In this document: positions 12,129-25,990 of the stretch, piece after piece
Layout of the letters: each line of letters begins with the position of its first letter
Position numbering within the stretch: position 1 is the stretch's first letter
NCBI RefSeq assembly: GCF_036971445.1
Contig: NC_091474.1
Span: 124,000,001-124,064,000, forward strand
Direction of reading: 5' to 3'
Source: Narcine bancroftii
Taxonomy: Eukaryota
DNA length: 64,000 nt
Made by a program: the position numbers and the translations under genes
The notes under the pieces: generated by a model
The model's database searches: none
What the model was told of the DNA's origin: nothing
What the model saw: only the letters and a program-made list of their open reading frames with translations

Positions 12129-14030
12129 TATGAGAGATGAGTAAAACTAATATGAAAATATGAAAGATGAAGAAAACTAGTATGGATATATGTGTAATGA
12201 ATAAAGCCAGTATGAATAGGATAAGGGTAGATAATAGAATGTAGGAAGTAAAGCTAGTCTGAATAAGATAAGGGTCTTCTAGCCTTAGACAGAATTAGCA
12301 AGTTCAGCATATAAGAAGTTAGTAAGCCCTGAGAGTCGGGAAGGTGCGAATAAGGACAATGACATGATGGGACACCGACAGGATACCCCCTGGTCCTCCA
12401 AGTTCACAGAAACAGCACGTAGGCAGACAGGATTGCCTAATGCCAAGCTCATCCAGGAGGCAGAAGAATGTAAGGGGGAGGGTACTTCTACACTGAAATA
12501 AACTGTATAAAAGTTGGGTGAGCCCCAGTGTATGTGTGTATTCCCAGGGTAAGGGGAAAGCACCCAACTTTGCACTGTTGTATAATAAATGTTCTTTGTT
12601 CTCAATTTTTGTCTCGAGCAATTTCTGTGAAGGTACTTCCGTTTCTCACAAATAGGGAATCGTCCGGGATCCCACTCCCTCCACTGACAGAGTGCCTGAC
12701 GATAAGGGTAGGTGCACCCGGGCTGATTCAGCTGGACTCATGGATGACGGGTGACTTGTCAGTGGACGAAGCGAGTGATATCCGAGAAGAGGCATTGAGA
12801 ACAAATGACGGGAGGACATTAAGGAAGTGTGCTAGGAATAGTGTGAGAGATGAGAAAAAACTGATATTGCAATATGAACATGAAGAAATGAAGAAAATAA
12901 AATTGATACATAAGTAAATGAATGAAGCCAGTACAAACAACATGAGACATGGATATTAGAAGGCAGGAAGCTGACACTGTCTGAGTAAGATAAGAATCTC
13001 CTAGAGAATCAGCAAGTTCACTAACTGAAGGAGATAAGGACAGACAATTGATGATAGAAGTAGAGTTAGTCTGAACGAGATAAGGGTCTCCAAGCCCCAG
13101 ATAGAATTAGCAAGGCTTGCATAAATAATTAGAAAACCTGAGATAGTATTAGCCAGTTCTACATATATAATTAGTAAGCCTTACACAGATTTATCAAGTT
13201 ATGTATATTAAACTAGTAAACCCTAGACAGGATTAGCGAACTCTGCATATGAAGAGCCTGTCTGAGAGGTGGGAATGGGGACAAGGGCAAGGTTGTGAAT
13301 AAGGACAATGAGGATAATGACATGAGAAGACACCGCCAGGATACCCCCTGGTCCTCCAAGTGCACAGAAACAGCACGTAGGCAGGCAGGATTGCCTAATG
13401 CCAAACCTCTCCAGCAGGAGGCAGAAGAATGTAAGGGGGGGGGGGGGTTATTCCTATACTGAGATAAACTGTATAAAAGTTGGGTGAGCCCCAGTGTATG
13501 TGTGTATTCCCAGGGTAAGGGGAAGCACCCAACGTTGCATTGTTGTATAATAAATGTTCTTTGTTCTCAATTTTTGTCTCGAGCAATTTCTTTAAAGGTA
13601 ATTCTGTTTCTAACACAAGTAAGAGGAATTTTACTAACCTGTTAGTTTGGGAGGTGTGAGTAGCAAGGGAAATAGACCTAAGGAAGGACGGGACGATCAG
13701 ATACCTAAGCAAAGTCCGTTAGGATTAATGCTATCTGATTGGGGTGCGGGGAGAACCCGCGGGAAAGACAAACAGACCATGGTCAGGTATTACTGTCTGG
13801 AATTGGTTAAAAATACCCGATAAAAGGGAATTCGGTACATTGGCCAAAGTTCGGATCCGATGAGGACTGGATGAGTTCCAGTACGAAGTGAAAGGTACCA
13901 CGCGACATACAAAAGTGTCTCCTCCACTTGTTATCATCAAATTTGGATCCCCTGGGATCTGTCTAACTGCCGTAGAGTGCAATTTGATCCCCTGGGATCT
14001 GTTTAACCGCCGAAGAGTGCAATTTGTTAA
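12129..14030 (+). mobile_element. Truncated endogenous retrovirus: LTR 12129-12650, decayed PBS-Pro 12653-12670, leader, gag 5' fragment 13647-13875
   Basis: The PBS TAGGGAATCGTCCGGGAT has 3 mismatches to PBS-Pro. The leader is homologous to the reverse complement of 37-240. The gag-like peptide reads SPLGLMLSDW...KDKQTMVRYYC...HWPKFGSDEDW with a frameshift. Confidence 0.8.
12842..13615 (+). mobile_element. ERV LTR inserted in the leader of a related provirus
   Basis: TG...CA ends, TATA and AATAAA; near-identical inverted copy of 261-1029. The leader sequence resumes after it. Confidence 0.85.
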
Positions 14031-14783
14031 CAGAGCTATTTGGCTGAGAAGCAGTGTTCACCATTGTCAGCGGTGCCTATGCTCTGCATCCCTTTCCACC
14101 TCTAATTGCCACCTTCCTCTCCACAATCTCTGCAGAAACCATTTCCTGATCGCAATACGAATGTCAGGCCTCATGGAGGAGATCAGAGTTTCAACAGCAT
14201 TAATAGCCTTACCAAGGATTTGGTGTATTTCAGCCTGAACACCGACACAGGCTCATAACATTATATGTATTTCCTTTGCCTGCTCAAGATCTCCCATAAT
14301 CCTGGGCTCTTCTGCTTTGCCCACTTCAATTGACGCCATGTCAGTGGGCAGAGCTATGGCTCCAGTTGGCCATCGTCCATGTGCTGCCAGGCACCTCTGG
14401 TTGAATAGGCCCTTTCAGGTGGACCAGCCAACAGGGATGACACCTGAAAGGTGAGTTAGCACTTTAAAATCCACTTCTGCCACCAGCCTCAAGGTGGAGC
14501 GTCCTCCTGAAAGTGTCGACCTTGACTGTTCTAAGGACCCTAATGTTTATATGACTTCTTATATCTTACAGAGGGTTATCTGCTCTAACAGGTTTATAAT
14601 TGGCGGTTGCGGCCGGGAAACGGGGCGGAGCTGGGAGATGAGAGGCCGCTCTCTGTGCTCCGCCGTCACTCGGACTCGGACTCCTCCCCTCCTCTTGGCT
14701 GCGCGTATCTCGGGCAGGTCGGGGCGCTGCATAGAAAAGCAGACAGTAGCAGCGACTGTGTTATTGAGCAGAGAGCGGAGTGA

Positions 14784-15104
<321 letters not shown>

Positions 15105-15135
15105 ACTGCCTGCATTGTCCCTGCATCAACACAAA

Positions 15136-15151
15136 GGCTCTTCTCAGAGCC
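15136..15151 (+). promoter_or_regulatory. Histone 3' stem-loop (H4)
   Basis: GGCTCT-TCTC-AGAGCC followed by ACCCA and a purine-rich HDE-like GGAGAGAGC. Confidence 0.9.
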
Positions 15152-15502
15152 ACCCACCCCCTCACGGAGAGAGCAGCCCCTCGCCACGTTGGCATGAAAT
15201 TCATTTCCTGTCCTCGTTCTCTGCCCTTGCCCATAGATTTCCCTTCATTGCTGCTTGTCAGGGCTCGTCTATTTTACAAACGTGACCTTCGGCCGATAGA
15301 CTTTCTCTTTGGAAATTACTAAGATGATGCGCGAATCCGTCGACACCGGTTACCCCCCCCCCCACACCAAACTCTGGTCCGGGAACACTCGCTTGTCTCG
15401 TCTCCGGCTGAGCTGAAGCCCCTCAAATCGGCTCCGTATATTCACACACAGAGCTGGGGATATAATTAATCGACATTTCCAATGGTATTTATAAGAACAA
15501 AT

Positions 15503-15757
15503 GGGCCGCACGGTTGGCGAAGCGTTGAGCGCGACGTCTTGACGGCGCCAGCGATCGGGACGCGGGTTCGAATCCCGCGCTGTCTGTCAGGAGTTGGAAC
15601 GTTCTCCCCGTGTCTGCGTGGGTTTTCCCGAGGACTCCCGTCTCCTCCCTCCTTCTAAACGAACCGGGCTGCAGGGTAATTGGGTGTAAATTTGGTGACA
15701 CAGACTCGTCGGCCGGAATAGCCTGTCACTATGCTGTATGTTTAAATTAATTTAAAA
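15503..15757 (+). mobile_element. tRNA-derived V-SINE (HE1-like)
   Basis: A-box-like TGGCGAAGCG, B-box GGTTCGAATCC, V-domain GTTCTCCCCGTGTCTGCGTGGGTTT, a CR1-like tail and an AT-rich end. Confidence 0.8.
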
Positions 15758-15774
15758 TATTCAGCGAAACTCTA

Positions 15775-16040
15775 GATTCCCTGAAATTGGCGGGCGGTTT
15801 GAAAATAAAGAGCAGCCAATCAGACTGCAACCTCTGAGCCGCGTGATGGCGGAAGTCTGACCCGCTGTCAAAAATATCCAAATGTGGCCAGAGATAACAT
15901 TGCCCGGCCGCCCCAGATCTTCAAACTCTCTCCTTTCTATCCAGTTGATGACAGGATGCAGCCAAACGCTGCCTTAAAATGTATAATTGTAATCTGCTGA
16001 TGTCAATCAGAATTCCTGGGCGTATTGAACATGGAACAAC
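15775..16040 (+). promoter_or_regulatory. Orphan H3-like promoter (E2F/CDE-CHR plus CCAAT) with no downstream gene
   Basis: TTGGCGG-GCGG-TTTGAA at 15787-15803 followed by CAGCCAATC; homologous to the H3 upstream region 23360-23485. Confidence 0.6.
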
Positions 16041-16889
16041 ACAGCGGAGTTCAGGCCCTTCGGTCCTCGATGTTGGCAAACAAGTCAGCAAAAGGACGCA
16101 AGGTTGTTCCGAACAGGATACAGACGGTGATGGAGGGATGACGGGCTTGCGATGGAACGTCACTTCACAGCAGGGGACCGCAGCAGCCGCCCTAGATCAA
16201 CGCTTGGATATGTGATCAGGGAGCTTCCAGCCAATGCCAGTATTGATAGGAGTCGAGACATGAGATGGTAATCAGTTGGTATGTCGGGGACAGCATTGTC
16301 CCATGGAATTTAATCCTAGTGAGTCCATGCGCATATATTTTTTGGAGGAGCAGAATGGCCCTGACGGATGAACAGAGGGACCTTGGCTTTGAAGTCAATG
16401 ACCATATTTCCTAGAATAGATCCAGCTGCGTGAGGGATTATGGGCAGGGAAGACAGACATGGCTCTGCAGAGTTTTAAGACGCAGAGAGCGGACGTGAAG
16501 GCCGAAGCGGACTGTTGAGGTTGTCAGCCCGCACCGGTGGCCCGCTGACGGCTACCACTGTCCTGTCGGCTCCCGCCGCCCCTGCCTTGAGGGGTCATGG
16601 AGGGAGAGGGGTGAACGGGGAGATGGGTCACAGGCTGACGTCGTCATCAGACGCCCCTAACCTGCCGCTTGGAGCGGCTGGATAATTATAAGTGACGGAG
16701 GACCTATCCCCGAGAAGAGTTGCAATTGGTACATTCAGAAAGCCTTGTCTCTAGGTGAAAGGGCGGAGACTTTGTCTCGGGTAATTTCTTGCTTGAAAGG
16801 GAATGATTCTCTCCTGTAGATTCTTCAAACTCGGTGTTTCCGCATTCAAGGCAGGGACTGCCTTCTGTTACTGGAGGCGGTCGGGGTCT

Positions 16890-17025
16890 GTGATTGGTGG
16901 CTGTGACATATCCAATGAAATTGTTTAGAGGAAACTCTTGCTGTTCATTCGCCAAATGGACCAATGATACACGTTGCGTCCCCATTCCCTTATTAGCATA
17001 GCATGAGGGCTCTGCCTATTTAAAC
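16890..17025 (+). promoter_or_regulatory. H2B promoter
   Basis: Several CCAAT/ATTGG boxes, an octamer-like ATTAGCAT (~16992) and TATTTAAA (~17017). Confidence 0.75.
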
Positions 17026-17076
17026 CACACTCGTTCTTTCTTAAGTTTATTTCTGTGTGTGTAATCGAGAGAAGAA

Positions 17077-17448
17077 ATGCCTGACTCGAAACTAGCGTCC
17101 AAGAAGGGCGCCAAGAAAGCGGTGTCTAAGCCAACTGGCAAAGGTGGCAAAAGGCGCAGAAGGTCGAGAAAGGAGAGTTATGCCATCTACATCTACAAAG
17201 TGCTGAAGCAGGTTCACCCCGACACTGGGGTCTCCTCCAAGGCCATGAGCATCATGAACTCGTTCGTCAACGATATTTTCGAACGCATCGCGGGCGAAGC
17301 TTCCCGCCTGGCCCATTACAACAAGAGATCGACCATCAGCTCCCGGGAGATTCAGACCGCCGTGCGCCTGCTGCTGCCCGGGGAATTGGCCAAACACGCC
17401 GTGTCGGAGGGGACAAAGGCGGTGACCAAGTACACCAGCTCCAAGTAA
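17077..17448 (+). CDS. H2B: Histone H2B, replication-dependent
   Basis: 123-aa H2B with a canonical core; stem-loop GGCTCTTTTAAGAGCC at 17488-17503 and HDE GAAAGAG. Confidence 0.98.
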   Translation: MPDSKLASKKGAKKAVSKPTGKGGKRRRRSRKESYAIYIYKVLKQVHPDTGVSSKAMSIMNSFVNDIFERIAGEASRLAHYNKRSTISSREIQTAVRLLLPGELAKHAVSEGTKAVTKYTSSK

Positions 17449-18286
17449 AGCCCCCACCAAGTGCCGACGACTCGAACCGAAAACAACGGCTCTTTTAAGA
17501 GCCACTTCCAGTCTCACTGAAAGAGTTCTCCGAATCCCCCTGCGTGGAATTGGAGCAGAATGGGCTCTGGTTCTATTTGTTTCCGGGTTTGTGGAATTGC
17601 CGACGTGTTTGGGAGGCTGGTGTCACTGGCGATCTCATCCTCGTATCGCTCCTGATTTCCTGCCCCCTGGACTGACGGTAAATTAACCCTCTACTGATTT
17701 TGAAATACTTTACCCACGTTTTTACAACCAGAGCCGATTAATGCAACTAAAAGTTGTTGATAACGTTATTAATTGCTGTGTTGGCGACATTTTAACTGGA
17801 TTTCCCCGTATTGTAACAGCTGATCAGATTTCTACTCGGGAACATTATTGGATTGAACCTGAGAGTCTGTAGGTGCTGTTATTGCATTAAAAACATGAAC
17901 CCGTTGGAGTAATACAGCAGGTCTCGCAGCGTTCACAGCAGGTAAAGGTATAACCAACATTACAGGCTTGAGTCCTTCAATATGCGAGTAAAAAGCAGGC
18001 AATGTCTTGGCGCTGCCGTCTCGGATCCGCCTGCAGTTTGTAAACAGGAGGTGTGTTTGGTGGGGGGGGGGCGGAGGGCGGATGCGCTCATTTTCCGGAG
18101 AAATTGTGGGTATCGAGGTCTGAAGCGGGCCAGAGACAAATATTAATTCAATTAAGGGAGGCCGTGGGGGACGGTGGTGAAGGAGAAACATGAGAAGGAC
18201 AGATCCAATTTATTCTGCGCTACAAAGAGAATGGGGTGTGACAAATGCACTCCCACAGCTGCCGTTCGTCCTTCCACACACTGAGT

Positions 18287-18703
18287 GGCCCTGAAAAGAG
18301 CCTTTCGGTCTCCGATCGATGATTGTCCGCTTTGCTGCTCTTGGGGCTGGCGGCTCCGCTGCCTTCCTTGGACAACAGCCCGGTCTGGATCTTCAGCAGC
18401 ACCGCGCCCTGAGCGATGGTCACCACTGCCAGCAGCTTGTTGAACTCCTCGTTGTTGCAGGTGTATCGGGGTGATGCGGGTCTTCTTGTCTGGGGCCGTG
18501 TTGCCGGCAGCTCGAGAATTTCAGCCATCAGATACTCGAGCACAGCACCCAGATAGACCAGGGCTCTGGCGCCCACCCGCTAGGCAGCGTTCCCCTTTCT
18601 CATGAGCCTGTGAACATGGCCCACTGGGGAACTGCAGTCCGGGACGAGCGAGACTTTGCCTTGGACCAAGTTTTGCCTCCTTTCCCTCGTCCCACACAGG
18701 CAT
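18287..18703 (-). pseudogene. Histone H2A pseudogene (copy 1)
   Basis: H2A motifs [28 protein letters not shown] and [20 protein letters not shown] are broken by frameshifts, an in-frame TAG and deletions. The stem-loop is retained at 18287-18302. Confidence 0.93.
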
Positions 18704-19639
18704 TTTCGTGAACTCTTGCAAAATGAATGAGGGAATCCTCCCGCACTTGCCCTCCCTGCAGGTTCGTTGGGGAAGGGGGTAGAATACGGAGTGCGCTGCT
18801 GATTGGCGGAGCAACACTTCATCTCATTGGTGACCGGCGGCTCATTCACCAATGAAAAGTGAACACACAAAAAAAAGTAACCGGCGGAAAATAAGCACCA
18901 ATGACCAAAGGACATGAAATTTCAAAATGTCGCCAAAGTAAAACTGAAAAATAGGGCCGAAAACACCAAATTCCTGACAGATATATTTGAACATGAAATC
19001 CCTACTTCGCCGGGCGTTCGCTCCGGACCCACTCACAAAACCTACGGAGGGAAAGAGATAAACTGTGGGAGCCACAAGTCCCCCCCACCCCGTTCAGAAA
19101 CAACTGCTGCCCCTCAACAACAAATTCAGTCAGAAACTTAAGACTCTTACTTTTGTACGTTAGTGATTTTTTTTCTCAGTATTCCATGTCTTTATTTGTG
19201 GAGGGTTGAGTCAATTTTTTTTGCATTACCAATACATTGTATTGCCTTGTCCTCAGGAAAAAGGATCTCAGGGTTATGTGTAATGTCATGAACGCCCTCT
19301 GACAATAAATCTGAATCTGAGCCTGAGTTCATTCTGAGATGAGAGATGCCGCAAATTTCATTTCCCATTTCTTTGAACATCTACAAAGACCGGAAAGAAT
19401 GCCAACTCACAGAATATGGTTGTGGTCAATCTTTGTGGCAATGGAATTAGATTATAGACAGAATGCTCTTCACGGGACATTGATGTCACACTGAATCTCC
19501 TCATGAAGTATATCCGCCGGTGAGCCTTTTCATGATTATATCGACAAGGAGGCACCGGGTCTGATCATCAGAGATGTTGATACCAGTAAATTCATAGTTC
19601 TTTCTCTCCATTGATGATCACTCAATGAGGCCTGGGTAT

Positions 19640-22070
19640 GTTCTTGTTTTCTCCTGCAGGAAAGGTTCCACAGAAGGTGAAGATGGTATTGACTGTACTG
19701 ACTCCAGGGCTGAGGAACATCTAAGGTGAGTTCCAGCAGCTGGGGTCAGGAGGGCAACGATAATTATTGGATAATAATTGGAGATTGTTGACAGTGAGGA
19801 GGGAAGCTGGGTATTGATGGGCTTGGCAGGTGAACAGACAGGAGGTAGTTCAATCTAGAGAAGAGATGTGATGAAGGGAGAGGCCAAAGAAGGCCAGTAG
19901 ATACCCATGAATGGTAAGGTGTCATGGAGTGCAGAGGGACAGTGGGAATCTGCAGAGAAAACTCATGTATCTCTGAGGGAGTGGAATGAGTCAAGTGAAC
20001 ACACTACACCTGGGTTCTCTGGAGGGCAAGACAGAACACTAGTGCAAGGATGACCTGTTGGAACTGGATAAGCACACGTGAGCCACAGTGACAGAAGTGG
20101 GAAATTAAGGATGATGGGTGGAAGGAAAGAAGGAGCTAAGGAAGTTGTTATTTGATGGCTGGGACTCTGAATCTCAATGCTTGAGAGGCCAATGGAGGGA
20201 GATTTCCCAACACCAGAGCTAGAGGAGCATCTGATGATCCCAAATCAACTAGGCTATTGGCCAACAGTGTGGAGGGGGGGGGGGTGCATGGGGTGAGGGC
20301 AGAAATATGTGTGAACAGCAGGGTGCTGCAGACTCAATGGCCTTGCTCTGTAGTGGAAAATGCCAGACTATAATTCTCAGGATTCTTTCAATTAACTTTG
20401 TTAATTTAGACAACCACATCTGCTATTTTCCGATCGTAAAGCACCTCTTGTATGACCAAGGAGGACTCAAATATCATAGCCATTGCCCTAACTATCTCTT
20501 TCCTCCATTCCACACCCACCTAGGGTTATCGCGTCCAGCCCTGTGGACTTATCAACCTTAATGTTTTTAAGAAGATCCAACATTCCTTCTTCCTTCATTT
20601 TGTCTCCTTTATATTTAAGCAGTGCCACCTTCATTTTTGTCTTCCTCTTCTTCATATACTCTTTGAATGCCTTGGGGTTCTCCTTAATTGAATTTGTCAA
20701 TGCTTTTCATGCCCGCTTCAAGTTCTCCTACGTCCTTTCTTAGCTCCTTCCTTTCTAGTACATAATTCTCAAGAGCTCTTTGTGCTTTCTATTTCCTAAA
20801 TATAATGAATACTTCCTTCTAATTCTTAATCACCTATTTTGTCAAACACGTTGTCCTTTTCCTATAATCTTTTCCCTGGTTTAATGGGACAAACCTATCC
20901 TGAACCTGATGCAAGTGGTCCTGAAACATCCTCCAGGCTTTTCCTGTGCTTTCTTCCATGAACATCTGTTCCCATTTTAATCCCCCTAGTTCTTGTCTCA
21001 GCCCATTATAATTAGTCTTTACTCAATTGAACACTTTCCCCATTTTACCTGCTTTGTCCTTGGCCATAGCAATGCAAGTTCAATGTGTTTTTGTCATTAT
21101 CACCAAAATGCTCCCCCTCAGAGAGTTCAGGCACCTGAGCAAGTTCATCACCCAGATCAAGATACAGTATGGCCCCTCCTCTTTCTTTCTTTCTTTTTAT
21201 TATTATTATAATTTATAAACACATACAGTTCAAAGAGATATGAAAAATACATAGTAAATAATGAATTAATACAGAGATATTAAACAATAATATTGCAGAA
21301 TAAACCCCTCCTCTAGTCAACAGTTCCAGATACTGTGTCAGAAATTTTTCTTGGACTTAGCTGACAAATTCTGCCCCATCTCTCACTCTTGCAGCCAGTC
21401 AACATGAGGGAAGTTCGTATCTCCCATAACAACAACTCTGTAATTTCTGCACCATTCCAAAATCTGCCACCTTATCTGTTCCTCAGGGTCCTGAGGGCTA
21501 ATTAGGGCCTATATACCTCTTATTTTCCCCCACACCAACTCAGTTGACACTCACTCTGCAGCATCCTCCTTTTCTAAAGCGGTGATACTATCTCTGACCA
21601 GTAAAATACTATTCCCCCACCTTCTCTCTGACCTCCCATCCAATTCCTTTTAAAACACTTAAACCCCATTACCTGCATCAGCCAATCCTGTCCTTCATCC
21701 AGCCAAGTCTCTGTAACAGCTTCAACATCATATCTCCGCATGCTAATCCATTCTCATTGTCTTCTTTATTCCCAATACTCCTTGTATTGAAATAAACACA
21801 TTTCAAACCCTCCACTGACTCCATTAATTTTGTCTCCCAATTGAACCATCCTTTCCAGCTTCTGCCCTATTCTCTGCCTTTGCATTCTAGTTCCCACCCC
21901 CTACCAAATTAATTTAAATCTTCCCCAATAGCTCTAGCACACCTGTCTGCCAGGGTATTGGTCCCTCTCAGGTGCAGCCTGTCTTTTTAGTACAGCTCAT
22001 ACCTTCCGCAGAAGAGATCCCAATGATCCACTGTACCTGTACCAACTCTTCAGCCATTTAAAAACAACTC
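19640..22070. mobile_element. Cluster of degraded CR1 LINE fragments (both strands)
   Basis: CR1 ORF2 peptides IKENPKAF and IKVDKSTGLD on the minus strand, plus CR1 3'-type sequence on the plus strand. Confidence 0.7.
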
Positions 22071-22170
22071 TTCTACTTTTCCTCTCAGATTCGATAACCT
22101 GCCAGGGAGCTCATTTTAATCCATCCAAACTCAGTTAGTAATTAGAGAGAGTTTGTGCAGTGTCACTGAC

Positions 22171-22680
22171 ATGACCAAGATGGCAGCGTCTGAAGCAGCT
22201 CCTGCTGCCAAAACCAAGGCTCCCAAGAAGAAGATGGCTGCCCAGTGCAGGACAGCTTGTCCCATATTGGGTAATCTGATCAATAAAATTGTGACAGTGT
22301 GCTGCGATTTCAGAGGCATGTCCTTCTTCACCTTAAAAAAGGCTCTGGCTGAGTCATGCACATCAAGATGAACATCAAGTTGAATTTGGAAACTGGTGCC
22401 TTGGTTTAGATACTTAGTAGTATTGTTGGCCCACTTCAAGGGAAGTAAGAAGGAAACAAACATGACAGTTCAAAAGAAACCAGTGGCCAAGGCATCGAAG
22501 ACCAGGAAGGCAGTAGCAAGAAACTGGCCAAGAGACCAGTGACCAAGAACTCTCCGTCAAAGAAACCTGCAGCTAAAAAATCTCCCACTAAGAAACATGG
22601 CACCAAGAAAGCAGCAGCTAAGATGGAATAGAAGGACAATAGGCTGGAAAAGGAGTGCCAATCAACCGGAATCCAAATAC
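22171..22680 (+). pseudogene. Histone H1 pseudogene
   Basis: MTKMAASEAAPAAKTKAPKKK, globular-domain remnant RGMSFFTLKKALA and a Lys/Ala/SP-rich tail (KNSPSKKPAAKKSPTKK), with stops and a deletion. Confidence 0.85.
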
Positions 22681-23364
22681 AAGAAACTTTCAGTGACTGG
22701 GGCTCTTTGAAAGACCTTGCCCTCGGTCCCCTCTTGAATCCTTTTTCTGATACCTGATGGCTATCAGCCAGTCTCCAGCTCCCCACAGCTTAGCCCCATG
22801 CTAGTCTGCTACCATGGTCACCTTCCTGTAGAATTGTCTCCCAGTCTGTTCCTTCTCAGTGGGGATGTTCTCTCCTTTCTGCTGCCCTGCACCATCAGAA
22901 TATACAACCCCTCATACTTCCCTACCCAGCATTGAGATTATCATGTAATTAATTGTGTTTTCGACATTTGTCGACCATGTATCTCATGTTAACTCAATCT
23001 CTGATGATCAGAGGTTGCCTGATGAGGAAGGGCTAGGTTCAGCCATTGAGGTTTTAAAAATTGTGGGTTGATTCCAGCCAGCAGTTATTCTCAAGATGAT
23101 CTCCGTTCTCTTACCCGCATAACTCTATATTAATGCAGGAACAGTAAAATGAACTGGAAACCCTCTGGGTATAGTTGTTTATCCTCAACCTCAAGTAGAG
23201 TGGAATCCCCACAACTCTAGCAATGGTTCAGGAAAATTGCACTGCATATTCAGACACGGTGGTGTAATCTGAAAATTGACTGGTAATTAAATGAAGTTGA
23301 CATGATCTGAATAATAGTCAGGAATGTCTTAATTTATAAAAAAATGTTATCCTCCAACAGTTTT

Positions 23365-23580
23365 CTGAAATTGGCGGTCGATTTGAAAATAATCTGCAGC
23401 CAATCACACTGCAGCCTGTGAAGACTTCAGCTCCAGTAACAAATTTGGGCATAGATAATATTAACCCTGCCCGCCTCAGATCTTCTGATTCCGCCAATCG
23501 CAGCTCTGGGACACGATGATTGCCATCTCTGTTCCAGCCATTCAGAGACATGGGCGGAGCCTCACGCATTCTTTATAAAC
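23365..23580 (+). promoter_or_regulatory. H3 promoter with CDE-CHR, CCAAT boxes and TATA
   Basis: TTGGCGG-TCGA-TTTGAA at 23371-23387, CCAAT at ~23400 and ~23494, a GC box GGGCGG and TTTATAAA at ~23572. Confidence 0.75.
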
Positions 23581-23612
23581 CGGCGCTGAAGCTAAGTTTT
23601 TGCAGTTGCTGA

Positions 23613-24053
<441 letters not shown>

Positions 24054-24804
24054 ACTTGATCGCACCGAGGACCACAAACGGCTCTTTTCAGAGCCATTAT
24101 CCAAGCAGAGGAAAGAGCTGTACCGTGGCTGTTCGTTGTCCTGTATTCATCGCCTGGCCCTAATTTTCTATTTCCCTCCAAAATTTTCTGCATAAACATT
24201 ATTTTCAAGAGCACGTCACGTAATTAGTCGTTTTGTGGTAGCATTACCCACGCAAATATTCATTACAAACGCATGTATTTAAAACTTTCATCTAGTTTTT
24301 TCTTCACGCATAACGAGATGAGATAAGCAGCTTTTATCTTTGAATGCAATCAACTTATCTACAAAATAAAGCAAAGATAAACAAGGTAAATGATAATCTC
24401 AGACTAATACCATAAGTCGACAGGTACAAAGTACAGAGCAGGTTGTTAAAGAGAAAAAAAAGGTGACCATGTAATTCAGTGATTGTAGGAAAGGTCTATG
24501 TCATAGTAGTACAGTGACTTGTAAGTCTGTGGCCTCACAGAACAGTGACTGTGTCAGGGCCAGGGTCCCTTGAGTACAAGGACTGTTGTAAAGGGACCGG
24601 ATGGCCGACTCCAGCTCCTCATTCTCATGTTTTTATGACGACTTCACATCTTACAGAGGGTTCTCTGCCCTAACAGGAACATCACCGTCGGCTCATTGTC
24701 AGGGAGCTCATTTCAATCCATCCGTATTGAGAAAATCCTCTCAAATAAACCGCGTGCATTATTCTCGGACACAGTTTCGGTTTGAGTGCTGATAAACGGT
24801 AGTT

Positions 24805-25990
<1,186 letters not shown>

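Larger units (their letters stand above)
9400..14520. mobile_element. PIF/Harbinger DNA transposon remnant, interrupted by an ERV
   Basis: A minus-strand DDE transposase pseudogene plus a convergent Myb/SANT-like remnant. The boundaries are approximate and no clean TIR pair was identified. Confidence 0.7.

Noticed and set aside
15503-15580. tRNA gene
   Set aside because: The A/B boxes belong to a SINE head that continues into a V-domain and LINE-like tail; no full cloverleaf is supported.
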